NCBI GenBank assembly: GCA_028534125.1 | Contig: CM052817.1 | Span: 69,876,001 to 69,940,000 of the forward strand | Reading direction: 5' to 3' | DNA from: Lama glama | Taxonomy: Eukaryota | DNA: 64,000 nt | In this document: positions 38,815 to 52,410 of the stretch, in pieces | How the letters are laid out: each line of letters starts with the position of its first letter | How positions within the stretch are numbered: position 1 is the stretch's first letter | Notes under the pieces: model-generated | What the model was told of the DNA's origin: nothing | What the model saw: the letters and a program-made list of their open reading frames with translations, nothing else | Databases searched by the model: none | Made by a program: the position numbers and the translations under genes

Positions 38815-39620
38815 TTAAATAAAAATTGTGATGAAGTACATATAACATAAAATTTACCATCGTAGCCATTATTGTTATTGTTTTTATTGAAGTATAGTTG
38901 ATTTACAATGTTGTGTTAGGCATCTTAACCATTATTAAGTGTACAGTTCAATGGCATTAAGTCATTCACACTGTTGTGAAACCATCACCACTATCTCCAG
39001 AACTCTTTACAGCTTGTGAAACTGAAACTTGGCACCCATTAAACAAACACTAAAAAATCATCTTCCTCAATGTAATAAGAATTTTATTTGCAACAAAAAC
39101 CCTATTAAACATCAAAAAATTCTAACCCCTGGCAGCCACCATTCTATTTTCTGTCTCTATGAATTTGACTATTCTAAGTAGTTTACATAAGTGGAATCAC
39201 ACTATATTTGTCCTTTCACTTAGCATAATGTTTTGAGATTCATCTATGTTGTTGCATGCGTGAGAATTGCCTTCCTTTTTAAGAGTGAGTACTTTACTGA
39301 ATGTATATGCCACATTTTGTTTACCCATTCATTCCCTGATGGACACTTGGGTGTTTCCACCTTTAGGCTATTATGAAAAAAAAAATGTGGCTATGAGCAT
39401 GGCGTGTCTACAAATATCTGTTCAAGTCCCTGCGTGCAGTTATTTTGGATATATATCTAGAAGTAGAATTGCTTGATCATATGGTAATTCTGTGTTTAAT
39501 TTCTTGAGTAGCTGCCAAACCGTTTTCTATAGCAGCTGCACCATTTTACATTTCTACCAGCAGTGACCAGTGTTCCAGTGTTCAAGTTTCTCCACATCCT
39601 TACCAACACTTATTATGTTT
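38815..39620 (-). mobile_element. L1MA/MB 3' region
   Basis: acatataacataaaatttaccatc..cccctggcagccaccattcta..ggacacttggg..gcagctgcaccattttacatt. Confidence 0.82.
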
Positions 39621-39759
39621 TTTCATACCTGCTTAAATGTCACCTCTTTGAGAATGTGTTCCCTGACATACTTCTGTACCCTCTAGGTAGAAGTGAACTG
39701 TCTTTTTCTCTATGATGCCACTGTTTTAATTTTAACACCCATCTCATCCCCTACCAGTC

Positions 39760-40430
39760 AATCAACAAGTCTTGTCTGTTCCTACTGCAAATACATCCAC
39801 ATTGTGCATCTATCCACTTCTCTCCATTGTCAGCACCCTCATCCAAGCTACCATAGTTTCTCATCTGATACATTAGAAGCCTCTTAACTGGCCTGTGTGC
39901 TTCTGCTCCAATCTCTTATCCACATAGCAGCCAAAGGGATGTCTTGTATAAAAAAATCATGAATCAAAACAAACATGTCTCCCTCCCCTGCCCCATCCCC
40001 ACTGAAACCAATTTCCTCCAACTCCATACTTGACCTGCTATGCCCTGACGGATCCTGTCCCTTCCTGCCTTTCTGGCTTCATCTCTTTCCACTCTCCCTT
40101 TACCTGTACATTTCAACCTGCTGTAGACACACTACGCTGATTCCTGCCAAGCTGGTGACCGCCCCAGGCTACTGGATTTGTTATCCTTGGGCCCAGAATA
40201 GCTTTTTACTTTACTTCTTGTCATCTCTCAGGCCAGTTGTCACCTTTTCCTCTTATTTTAGACACTGCTCAGTATCACAACTTATTTTATCTCATTCGTA
40301 TTTCACTAAACTCATTCACTAAACACTTTGAAAGTATTTAGCCTGTTACCACCAACCCCAGCCCCCACTGGAATGTAAACTCCATGAGGGCATTGATTTG
40401 TCTCATCTTGTTAACTGTTGTATCCCTGTT
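39760..40430 (+). mobile_element. L2 fragment
   Basis: ccacatagcagcca..cactggaatgtaaactccatgagggc..tggcacagagtagg..aatgaatg tail. Confidence 0.65.
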
Positions 40431-41609
40431 AACTGGCACAGAGTAGGTAATAAGAAGGAAATGAATGCGTGCATGCCAGCATCTGCTGAAGCCCTCACCA
40501 CATTGTATTGTAGCTGTTGTTGTGTGTCTACCTTTTCCTGCTGGTTTTTAAAGGTAGGAGTTAGATTTTCTTCTTTGAGGTCCTTCTTGGTGGGTGTATG
40601 GTTTGGTAAAGAATCTATAATAAGGTAGGTTCTAAATATTAATTGCATCACAGCTCATTATTGGATCCCTCTTTATTTAGGAAAGGATGGGAAGCCTGGG
40701 GTAATTTGGTGCTTCAGTGTCTCAACTAAAGCATTAATTTCCCCAAGAGACAGGACTTTTTAGGTGATGCTGCTCTGGTATTCTGGTGGGTGTGTGTTGG
40801 GCAAATGTGCAGTGAAAGAACTGAGAGAAGATTCTGTAGCTGGTGAAGATGATTGACTGGAGAAGAAAAAGCAGGAACCATGTGTCACAAGGAAAATGCT
40901 TGTGGATTTAACTTGGACTAGAGAAGAGATCATCTGAATAGGAAGGTATGGATAGTTGAGGAATTTTTTTAGGGAACTTTTTCAAGGGTGGAGAATAAAT
41001 GGGGAGAATGTGAGTTTATTTCAAGATGCCCATCGAAGGATGAAGGAGCAGATGAGTTCTGAGGAGACTTCACAGGTTAAGAAATGGGCAGCATGAGCCT
41101 GAGAAGAGAGGCCACGGGACCCAAAGGCTGAGCGGCTGAGCTCAGCAAGACTTGAGGAGTCCCCGAGCCACCTTTGGTGCTGTTTCCAGTGGCAGGACTG
41201 TAAAATGTGAAGTTGTCCAGAAGCAGGATTTGTAGACTATAAGAGAAAGAGAAGGGATATTAGGAACTGGAGGCCTGTACTGTTATTAAATGTTTATCAC
41301 AGAATATCTTTAAAGAATTTTGCTGTTAAAGTTGTGTCTAGCAGAGGAGAAATGTTTCATAAGCAGTGATGTGCTGGAAATAGTTCACTTAATTCATCGC
41401 CAACAAGCTCTAGAATATGGGAGGTTATTTTTTGTATTTGAGTTTTTCAAAATATCATGCTTAGACAAGTTGATCTTCTTAAGCCCATAAAAACTGCAGG
41501 AAGCTCAGAGGCCATAAAGGTGTTCCGCATTAGCTTCACCTGCCACGTTCTTCCGTCTGACTCTGTTCCTGGCCAGGAATAATTAATAAAGTTACAACGT
41601 CAGATTAAG

Positions 41610-41792
41610 AGGTACAGACTACTATGTATAAAATAAATAAGCTACAAGGATATATTGTACAGCACAGAGAATGTAGCCAATGGTTTATAATAACTTTAAA
41701 CAGGGTATACTCTATAAAAATTTTGAATCACTGTCTTATATACGTGAAACTAATGTAATATTGTAAATTGACTATACTTCAACTTAAAAAAA
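41610..41792 (+). mobile_element. L1 3'-end fragment
   Basis: gtataaaataaataagctacaaggatatattgtacagcacag..ttgtaaattgactatacttcaa, then an A-tail. Confidence 0.8.
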
Positions 41793-42663
41793 TGTTACAA
41801 AGTCAGAGCCAATTCTACCAAAGGAGGACTCTACTCTAAGTGTGGTCTATTTCTTCTAAAAGGTTTGTGCACATCACATTTTTATTATAAAATATTTCAA
41901 TATAAAGTTCAGAGAACAATGTAAACTCGTTCATCCACTATTCACATTTGCTTCAGATTCATAAATAGTACATAGATTTATTTGGTATGTTTTTTAAAAA
42001 CTTGCCAATGTCATATATTTGAAGTATCTTTCTACTTGTAGTTTTTGATTTATCTATTTCCCTGTTGATAGAAATTAGATTGCTTCTAATTTTGAGACAT
42101 TGCTGGAGACTTAGAGCAAGAGTCAAAGCAAATTGCAAAGACATAAAAGTGGGAGGCAAAAGGAAGTTTTGAAGTTTAAAAAGTACAGGATAGATCAGTC
42201 AGTATTGAGCACCTCAAAGGGGTACAGGATACAAAATGAAATTAGGAAATAAAAATAGAAAATGAAAGTTCATTTGAAGAATTTGAAAATGAGTGAGGAA
42301 AATAAGATAACTGAATCTTGTAGCAAATGCAGTGAAGAAGGTATTTGAAATAGTTATGTGCTCATGTCAAGAAAGCCTGCATTCCCACTAAGAAGGATAC
42401 TTCTGTGACCTTGTGGAAGAAAAGGGCAGATATAATCAATAGATAATACTTTTTCTGCTTTAAGAGGAAGAAAACATATGTGATCAATGTAGAACTACAT
42501 CAAATTTAATGTATTTTAACTATTTTATGTGTTATGTTACAACACATAAAATATGGAAATGGAATAAAAGAGTTCGTTTTCATTCTTTTCAAAAAGAATT
42601 AAAACCATCTGAGATCATTATTATTTTGAGATAGCCATTGTTGGCATTTTTACATACCACCTT

Positions 42664-43016
42664 TGTTTTAGTCTATTTGAGCTGCTATAGCAGAGGACCA
42701 CAGGCTGTGTGGCTTATATACAGCAGGTTTTATTTCTCACAATTCTGGAGGCTGAGAGGTCCAAGGTCAAGGTGCTGGCCGATTTGGTGTCTGGTGAGGG
42801 CCAGCTTCTCGATTTATAGGCAACTGTCTGTAACCTCACATGTGAAAGGGGAAGGGAGATCTCTGGGGCTTCTTTTATAAAGGCACTAATTCTATTCAAG
42901 GGCTCCACCCTCCTGACCTAATCACACCCAAAGACCTCCCTTCCAAATACTATCACACAGGGCATTAAGATTTAATGTATGAATTTTGAAGGGACACAAA
43001 CATTCAGCCTGTGGCA
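42664..43016 (-). mobile_element. MaLR solo LTR (MLT1A-like)
   Basis: TG..CA termini; tttatttctcacaattctggaggctg..ttttataaaggcactaat..gggacacaaacattcag. Confidence 0.82.
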
Positions 43017-45761
43017 ACCTTCTAGTATTTTTTTTTATATGTACAGGTATTTTTGAAAATATATTTGCTTCCTTAAAATAAAATCATATTCTTCACACTA
43101 AAATTGTTGTTTATCACTTAAAGTATTGTGAATATATTTCCATATTGTTAAATATTCTCTTGCAAAGTTCTTAAGAGCTATACAGTATTCCTTTGTGAGA
43201 ATGTATCATAGTCATAGCACTTACTCTTCTGAGAAGAACACCCCTTCTTCTGAGGAACTATTTGTGCCCACCACCCTTTGGTATCCATTAAGTGTGGTCG
43301 GAACAGGAGATGCTGTATCGTTATATGAATTCCCTCTCTGGCTGCAGTGATTAGTCAGGGCAAAGACCCCTGATCAAAGGTGACTTGATCAGAATATCTC
43401 ACTAATTTGTGGTGGTTAGTCTGTGGGCTGGGTAAAGAACTCAAGTTCATAACTATGGATCGATCCTCACAGGGTAAGAATTGATGCTTGTGGCATAGTG
43501 TGGAAACCTCAAGCCACAAAATAAACTTAAAGTGTTGCAAATTGGTGTCACTGTGGAATACTGACTGAAGCATTTGAATCCTTCCCTAGCATTTTTCGGG
43601 TTGGAACTAGAGAAAAGAGGCCCTTACAGGGCTTTTCTCTCCAGTGGTGGAAATGGGAGGATGGGCATCTCGAGATAGCTCCAGGTTCTTGGAAAAACGG
43701 GTTTGCAGTAGGAAGGAATGAAGTCAGTCAGGCAGAAAGGAGTGAAAAACAGGTGCAGAGAGAAGGAGGTCTGTAGCATTTAGCCTCCTCTGAGGTGGTA
43801 ACAGCCAGCGCTTCTTGTCTTTTGGTTCCATCCACAACCTAACTGGCCTTTTTGTCAAACTAACTTGAGGGTATGTTTTTGTCATTTGCGAACAAAAGAG
43901 TCCTGATTTTTGCTTTGGAGCCATTTTTATTTTTCAGTGTTATTCTCCTCCTTGAGATGAAGTCTTTGTACGCACCCATGGACACCACTGCTTTTCAGGG
44001 CTGAGAATGGAGATGTCAACAACTGCAGGCTGCGCTAGAGCCTCTTCCAAACACTGTCAGACTGTAAGCCATTGTGGCTTCTCAACCTGGCTGTTTTGTA
44101 AAGTTTGAAACCCCAAGGCTGTTAATCCTGCCGGTGCCTCCGCCCCCGGCATCCTCTTTGACTCTTTGGTCACCTCTTCTGCCTTGCACTTCCTACCGCT
44201 CAGCTTGTCATCAGATACACCGCCGCTCAAATATCAGCCTCTCCTGAGAAGTTCCCTCCACTTCCTTGCCTTATATGAACCTGGCTTTTCCCTCAAGATA
44301 ATTCAGCTCTTCTTAAAAATAGCTTCTTTAAATTTGTTCATGTTCTTTATTTTTCTAAAATGTGCCTTCATACACATTCTTATTTACAAAGGAAGTGTCG
44401 CTCAAATGTCCTCTCTTCTGAGAAGTACTGCCTCTCAGCTGACACAGTGCTCCTTCCTCTGTCTACACTGCAACTTCTGTACGGTCCAGCATAACAACAT
44501 TCCATACCACGCAGCCAACAATGCAACATTCAGTGCCATGCATTCCAACTGTGCAACTTCAGTACAGCTCACCATACAACTTTCAATGTGATATGGAACT
44601 TCAATAGGGTTGTTGGTTTGACCAGTTCCTCATAAAATTATAAGCATCTTGAGAACAGGGACTGTGTCTTTGAAATCTGTGTGCTCTTGTATCTGGCACA
44701 TAGGGGACTCTAAACAAATATTGGAAAACTGAATTTAAGAAAGGGCATTTGGCTAGATAAACTGTTTCTAAAACCCAAATGTGTGGTTTAAAAGATGATG
44801 ATTAGATGACACAGACTGAGGACTTCACAGAGGAATAAAGCTCCTTGAGAAATAGGACAGAGCAGAGATGTCAAACGTGATACCTTAAATTAGACAGTAG
44901 TTAAAATTAGTCTCAAATCCTGCAGTTAAAGTGAGAGACCATATCTTCCCAAGAAAAGAAAAAGGGACCCATAGGCACTTAGCATCTGAATGCTGAAAGC
45001 AGCAAAAGACTTGGCCATGGTTAAAGACAGGAAGAGTGAATGAGCTGTGGTTGCTGAGGAAATGGTTTATGGGACTTTATTAAACAAAGGGAGAGTTCTG
45101 CTTTCAGGAATGGTTAAGATGTTTCAATTCCTTCTTTCTCTTGACAATCACACACTAAACCAGAGAGAATTTTAACAGAAGTGCATACACTATCCATGAT
45201 GAGATAAATCTGCAATCCTGTACCACAATATCTGAAGACAAAAAGTAAACATAGGATTGGCCCAAATGACTTTAAAGAATAGAGGGTGACCACCCTTAAG
45301 TTTCTACAGAGAGAGGTACTAATGGGGTATGGGACAGTATGCCCTGAAGAACCCCAAAAGTTTCAGGAATTGGAAGTACCAGGGATCACAGGAGGCAGGG
45401 GTGAGCTAGAGGGCTGAAAACAGCTATTGCTTGAAGTACATATAAACTATAGTTAGACCAGTTCCTTATCACCACCCTCTCCCCTGCAAAAATAGAAAGT
45501 AGATGCTCTGGAGAACTTTGGAATTTAGTGACCTCTTAGCCAGCCAGAGATGTGAATTGGGTTGACAGAGGCATAAAGATAACCTTGTACCACGCAAGAT
45601 GAAAAGTTGCCTGTAGATGAAGAGGGGCTCCTGAAGAGCCTCACTCTGAGTGGGAATTAGACAGAGAACACCGAACAAGCCCGGCCAAAAAGAAAACAAG
45701 GAAACTTGCTTGTCTTGGCCTGAACTCTGGCAGAGGAAATGTTCTCCCTACACCTCTAATC

Positions 45762-46027
45762 TCTGTTGCAACTACTCTGCCATTTTAGTGCACGAGCAGC
45801 CATAGACTGTATGTAATTGAAGCTCAGTGGCTCATTAGCTGGCTGTGTCCTAGTTAAACTTTCCTTACAAACCCTGAAATTTGAATTTCATTTGGTTTTC
45901 ACTTATTGCAAAATATTCTTTTGATTTTTTTCAATCAGGTAAAATTGTAAAAACTAGTCTTAGCTCTCTGGCCATACAAAGGAGGTAGCAGGCTGGATTT
46001 GGCCTGTGGGCTGTAGTTTGCTGACCA
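45762..46027. mobile_element. hAT-Charlie MITE, MER58B-like
   Basis: ctctgttgcaactactc..gcagccatagac..gaaatttgaatttca..ggatttggcctgtgggctgtagtttgctgacc. Confidence 0.75.
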
Positions 46028-46129
46028 CTTGTAGTATGCTTAAGTAAAAACTTAAGGGTGAGCATTCAGCCTGTTTCTCTCAATGCCAAAAAAAAAAAAA
46101 GGTGAGAAAGGAAGGGGAAAAAGAATAGA

Positions 46130-48500
46130 CACAGAAGGACAAATAGAAAGTTCAAACTAATATGATAGAAATAAATGAATAATTACATTAACTGTAAATG
46201 GACTGAACATACTGGCTAAGAGACTGATTGCCAGAATGGATTTTAAAAAATTCAGATATGTGTTGTGTTAAAAGAGACATGTCCCACACCCAAAAAAGAA
46301 ACATACATACCCTAAACATAAGGGTACATTAAAGTTCAAAGTAAAAGAAAGGGAAAGATTATACCAAGAAAATACTTTAAAAAGAAAAGCTGATGTACTT
46401 TTGACAAAATATTCTTTAAATCAAGCTGCATTATTAAGAATAAGGAAGGCATTACATGATGATAAAAGGAGCCTTTTCTTTGAACTAGGAAGATAAAATA
46501 ATTCTAAACTTAAATGTACCTAATAATGTTGTTTAGCATAAATAGGTACCTAAAACATAGATAGATACATAGATATAGATATAAATGTCTATATAGCTGT
46601 GATGGTTAGCTACACATAGCAAACACTTACAGAACTGCAAAAAGAAATTGACAAATGCACCATTATATCAAAATATTTTAACATAAGTGTTTGTATAGTC
46701 GAGAGATCAGGCAGACAAAAATTTGATAAGGATATAGAAGATTTGATTCCAGCAATTATCACGCCTTCTCTGTTGGAAAGAGAACCCTATACCCAACAAT
46801 TGCATATATAAAAACTCTTCTGAACTTTATTTGGAGATTTTATTAAAATTGATCACATACTAGGTTAAAAAGTCTCATCAGTGTCAAAAATCCATATAAG
46901 CCGAGTTAACCAAGGTAGCAAAAGAGAATCAAAACAGAAATAAAAAAATTTTTACTTAAAATGCAGTGCAAATGCACGCATCAGTGCTTGCAGCCTGCAG
47001 CTGAAGTGGTACCCAGAGAAACTTGTAGAGCCTTAACTTACTCATCAGGATAAAGGCCTGGAAATTAGTGACTTAGATAGCCAATTTTATTTATCTGGAA
47101 AGAACAAAATAATAAATTTAAAGGAAAAAAGAAGAACATGACATTATAATTTTAGACAAATTCTTTCAGAGAGAAAGGATCATCATGGCTCATTTTAGGA
47201 GGACAGTATATCCAGAAAAATACATTATGAGAAAGCAAATTTGTAGTCCACTCTCATGTATTAATATGAATTTTAAAAAAACTTAACATATTAGGAAACC
47301 AAATCCAACAATGTTTTTTAAAAGAGCATAGAAATACCATAACCAAAATTGGATTTATTCTTGGATTGCAAGTAAGTCCAATTATCATAGAGAAGGCAAT
47401 TTTCAAACAAATCTATACATTAAATGCAATTCCAATCAAAATCTCAAAGGTGCTTTTGTAAAAGTAGAACTTGACAAGCTGATTAACAATTTTATAAAAC
47501 AATTTTATAAATATAAGTGAAGAACCAAGAGTAATCAAAAAGAATTTTGGAAAATAACAAGGTGGTGGTGGGGAATTCCCTATTAGATATTAAGACTTAT
47601 TATAAAGTAACAGTAGTTAAGACAACGTGTTTTAAACACAGTGATAAATAAATAGACCAGTATAGAACATAGCAGACTAGAAAACTTATCAACTGACCTG
47701 CCTGTGTATAGAAAACATACGACAGAGGCAGGGTTGTAAATCAGTGGGGAAAAGGAGAGGCTATTCCATAAATGGTGCTTGAACAATAGGTTTTCTAACT
47801 GGGGGGAAAGAGTGGATTCCTACCTCACAGTACATGTTGTAAATCAGTGGGGAAAAGGAGAGGCTATTCCATAAATGGTGCTTGAACAATAGGTTTTCTA
47901 ACTGGGGGGAAAGAGTGGATTCCTACCTCACAGTACATAGGAATACCTAACATAAATATGAATTCCAGGTAGATTACAGAGACTTAAAGTTGGAAAAGCA
48001 AAATTTTTAAATTTTACAAGAAAATATAGCATGTATTTATGAACTCATGGTAGGAAGATATTTCTAAATTAAGATATGCAGTACCAATCAGTAAGAAAAA
48101 GACTGATAAATGCGACTATCTTTGTATTTAAGGCTTATTTATCAAATAATAGCATTAAAAAAAGTGAAAAAGCAGTTCACATGATAGGAGATATCTGCTG
48201 TGCATCTAGAATATGTAAGAAAAAGAAAATTGCACAGTTAATAAGTGCAAATCACAAAACAGGAAACCTGGTCAATAACCATCTGAGAAGCTGCTCCAAC
48301 CACTGGTAATAATCAGGGAAATTCAAATAAAAATCAGATGAGATACATTTCAGCCCTCTGATTGGCAAAACTAGTGTTGACAACCACCAAGTGATGGCAG
48401 CTATTTGACAAGAGAACGTTCATTTACTTCTGGTGGGTACACTTTTGGAGAGTAATTTGACAGTGTCACATTGAAGATGTACATGTTTTATTACACATCA
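46130..48500 (+). mobile_element. Ancient fragmented L1 ORF2 (L1MC/ME-like)
   Basis: Degenerate endonuclease/RT-like motifs (aatggactgaa, aatgcaattccaatcaaaatc, aaatggtgct..aacaa, atgagatac). Confidence 0.7.
47733..47938. repeat. Perfect 2 x 103-bp tandem duplication
   Basis: 47733-47835 is identical to 47836-47938. Confidence 0.97.
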
Positions 48501-49880
48501 ATCCACTCTTAGCAATGTCTTCAAAATTCCAAGACAGTGGGGAAGTTACAATATATACATTTTCTAAAAAATCTTTAAAAATTCTCCTCTGATGCATCCT
48601 TTCTCAGGAAACTGCTAGAGAATATGCTTCAGCAAAATAAGGGAATAAAATAAGAAAAAGACATAGAATCCAGAAAATGGATTCAACACAGGAGAGTCCA
48701 AAATTTTTCTAAAAATTTCTAAATGATGACAAATGGAAGTCACAAAACACCTGAACAACAGGCTTAGAAAACAACCACATCAGAATCTTGAGCAGAAGAT
48801 TCCGGGCAGGAAGATGGAAGTGATAAATCATCCGATACGTTTGACCATGTGGATGTTTATATTGAGAGTCATTTTATAGAGGTATTAAAGATTGCAAGGA
48901 GACTTAATCATAGAGAGAGGTCTTTATTCTCAGCTGTATTCACATCATCTGAATGTCTGGCACATGGTAGGCACTCAGGAGTATTTGTTAAATGAATGAA
49001 GCATGTCCTTGAAGGTGGCAGAAAGGAAGTAGATGGACAATGGGAGAGAAGGGAGAGCTGGCAGAAACAATGATGGACATCATGGAAAACAGGAGGAAGA
49101 AGTAAGTGACTGGAAACAAAGAATATCTGAGAACATTTGATACAACATCTGGGAGCACTTCTGTTGGGTTTGGTGGTGGAAGATGTCTAACATAAATGAG
49201 AATCAAATAAGATGTAGCTGTGAACGACCTTGAGTTCAGATGCTTTTAAGTTAGGACTGTTTTCAGCTACAGACATTTTAGATTATCTGCCAGGTATTCG
49301 ATCCAAATTTTGATGGCCGGTGTCCTAATACAGTTGGGCTATTGATTTATTTGGCTAATATTTAACAAGCTCCTCCTTTCCATGCAGAACTATGCCAGAA
49401 GCTCGGGTTTAAATGATGAGTAAAATCAGATATTGTCCCTGCTCTCATGTGCAATCTGTTACCATGCAATAGATTTTTAGATAATATACCGTTTTTAGAT
49501 AAATACCGTTTTTAGAATGTGGGTGCATCTAGCCTGAAATCTGAATCCACCCTTATGAAAAAAAGATTTTGAAATTTACACTAACTCTCGAAATTGAAAC
49601 TCATTGCTTTTCATTTCACCAGGAGTTAATAGCTATAATAATAAACTTTATAGTAAAATTTCCTAATCATATTGGAGACGACCTTTGTTATTAGAAACAA
49701 ACTTGATAACTAAAGTTTGCTAATCATTCTTCTTGGCTGGTGATCTTTATCTGTATGTGCATGAACTTTGCACAAGTGACTTGAGAAATATGAATTCGCT
49801 TCATGGTTGGTTCTGTTCAGTATTATCAAGCATTGCCCCCTCTCACCTTCTTATCTTCTTTCCTCGGTGTCCTTTTGCAG

Positions 49881-50516
49881 GGATTGTATTTGCACATTAT
49901 GGTCCAGTCTGGAAACAACAGAGGAAGTTCTCTCATTCAACTCTTCGTCATTTTGGCTTGGGAAAGCTTAGCTTGGAGCCCAAGATTATTGAGGAGTTCA
50001 AATATGTGAAAGAGGAAATGCAGAAGCATGGAGAAGACCCCTTCAATCCTTTCCCCATTGTCAACAATGCCGTCTCTAACATCATTTGCTCTTTATGTTT
50101 TGGCCAGCGCTTTGATTACACCAATAGTGAGTTTAAGAAAATGCTTAATTTTACGTCACGAGCGTTAGAAATCTGTCTGAACAACCAGCTCCTCCTGGTC
50201 AACATATGCTCCTGGCTTTATTACCTTCCTTTTGGACCATTTAAGGAATTAAGACAGATTGAAAAGGATTTAACCACTTTCCTTAAAAAAATCATCAAAG
50301 ACCATCGAGAGTCTTTGGATGCAGAGAACCCTCAGGACTTCATAGACATGTACCTTCTCCACGTGGTGGAAGAGAGCAAAAATAATAGCAACAGCAGTTT
50401 TGATGAAGATTACTTATTTTATATCATCGGAGATCTCTTCATTGCTGGGACTGATACCACAACTAACTCTTTGCTTTGGTGCCTTCTGTATATGTCACTG
50501 AACCCTGACATCCAAG
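49881..50516 (+). CDS. CYP2U1: CYP2U1 exon 2 (WKQQR C-helix to I-helix AGTDTT)
   Basis: Acceptor ttttgcag|G, donor G|gtaata; 636 nt; [16 protein letters not shown]...[14 protein letters not shown]. Confidence 0.98.
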
Positions 50517-50965
50517 GTAATAAATAGATGTTTCCTTTATTCACGGCAAACCCAGTTAATTTAAATTAGGGTCAGCAACCTCGGTGATCCTGTGGCTCCT
50601 ATCAATAAGCAATATATTTAGGCTGGAAAACAGAGTGAAAATATTTGCATCTCATAAGGAACTGGTAAGGTGTTAACAGTGAAACTCCAAGATTCTAGAC
50701 AATGGAACTAAAGTCACAGCTTGTTTGCACCTGCTTTAAATCTCTACAGGTCAGATTCTGTGTGAAATCTATAATGGAGAAAGACCTTTAGAGCTGAGAA
50801 GCCGAAGAGAATCATAATGATCATCTGAACGCATTCATCTTGTTTTGAAAATGCAGAACAGTGTCCCAGAGACGTTCTGTGGTTTTCACAAGGTCACAGG
50901 GCTAGTTTCAGTAAGAGATAGTGAATGCCAGTGTTGTGCATAGAGGGAGAATACAGGGGGAATAG

Positions 50966-51456
50966 TGTATTAGTTTCCCATTACTCATACAACAAACAGC
51001 CACACTCCTGGTGACTTAACACAAGTGTGTTATCTTACAGTTCTATACATTAGAAGCCTGACGAAGGTCTCACTGGGCTAAAATCAAGGTGTTGGTAGGG
51101 CTGCCTTCCTTTCTGGAGGCTCTGGAGGAGAATCTGTTTCTTGCCATTTCCAGCTTCTTTGGCTCATGGCCTCCTTCTTTCATCTTTGAAGCCAGCAATG
51201 TTGCATCTCTCTCTGACCGTTCTTTCATAATCACGCCTTCCTCTGACTCTAAATTCCACTGGGAAAAGTTCTCCAGCTTTAAAACCCATATAATTAGATT
51301 GAGCACACGCAGAATATCCAGGATAATCTCCCCATCTCAAAGTCCTTCTTTTAATCACATCTGCAAAGTCCCTTTTACCATGTCAGGTAGCGTATTCACA
51401 GGTTCCAGGGGGTTACAGTGTAGACACCCTTGCGGGACCAGTCGCTGCCTACTATA
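50966..51456 (-). mobile_element. MaLR solo LTR (MLT1D-like)
   Basis: tgtattagtttcc..ctcactgggctaaaatcaaggtgttgg..atccaggataatctccc..cacatctgcaaagtccctttt. Confidence 0.82.
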
Positions 51457-51479
51457 GATAGGATTGTGCCTACCAGTAT

Positions 51480-51975
51480 TTGTTAAGTATTGCTGAGTAA
51501 CAAACTATCCCCAACTTTAGCATCTTAAGACAACAACTACTTACTATCTCACATAGTTTCTGAGGAATCAGGAATCTAGAAGCAGCTTAGCCTGGATGGT
51601 CTGGCTCAGGATTTCTCATGAAATTATAATCAGGATGTTGCCGGAGGCTACAAACATCCATGGAGTTGACTGTGACTGAAGGATCCTCTTCCAAGGTGGC
51701 TCAGCCACGTGACTACTGGCTGTAGGCCTTGCCACTTGGACCTTTCCATAGGGCTGCTTGACTTGGCATCTGCCTTCCTCCAGAGTGAACAGATGACCCG
51801 AGAGAGAGTGAGTGGCCAAGACAAATGCCACTGTCTTTTATAACCTAAGCTCAGACCTGACATGCTGTTACTTCTCCCTTATTCTGTTGATTACATAGAC
51901 CGATTTGGTACAAAGTGGGTGGAGCTGGTGCAAAGATGTGACCTCTAAGAGGTGAGGATCTTGGGGGCTGTGTTG
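51480..51975 (-). mobile_element. Older MaLR LTR (MLT1F-like)
   Basis: gtaacaaactatccc..tatctcacatagtttctg..caggaatc..tggctcagg..tgtcttttataacct. Confidence 0.7.
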
Positions 51976-52248
51976 TCATATGAAAAGTCTTAGAGAGTCA
52001 GTCCAACATCCATGAGAGAATGATTCAGTGTTCCTGAATCCAGAGGCCTTCTCCTTTGCCCCCTTCTGTGTTCTGCAGTCTTCCTTCAAAATCCCAAGGG
52101 GTACAGGGCCCCTGGGACCAGCTGGCTCTTCTGGAATATCTGAGCAATGCCTGACTTCGCTGAGACTGAGCGGGCCTGTGCTGCTGACAGGAGGACAGTC
52201 TCAACTCTCTCCTGGCTTATCTTCTCACGCTTTCCTGTTTTTGTATAG

Positions 52249-52410
52249 AAAAGGTTCATGAAGAAATCGAAAGGGTCATTGGTGCCGACCGCGCCCCTTC
52301 CCTCACTGACAAGGCCAAGATGCCCTACACAGAGGCCACCATCATGGAGGTGCAGAGGCTGAATGCTGTGGTGCCGCTCTCCATTCCTCACATGACCTCA
52401 GAGAAAACAG
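52249..52410 (+). CDS. CYP2U1: CYP2U1 exon 3 (K-helix EVQR), ending at a GC donor
   Basis: Acceptor ttgtatag|[13 protein letters not shown]...[12 protein letters not shown]...PHMTSEKT; donor CAG|gcaagt; 162 nt, phase fits exon 4. Confidence 0.95.

Noticed and set aside
47733..47938. CRISPR-like or other prokaryotic repeat system
   Set aside because: Only two adjacent copies with no spacers; mammalian context; no cas or other prokaryotic genes in the window.
49733..49880. N-terminal part of the 264-aa ORF before CYP2U1 exon 2
   Set aside because: Intronic open frame upstream of the acceptor at 49880/49881; no P450 similarity.
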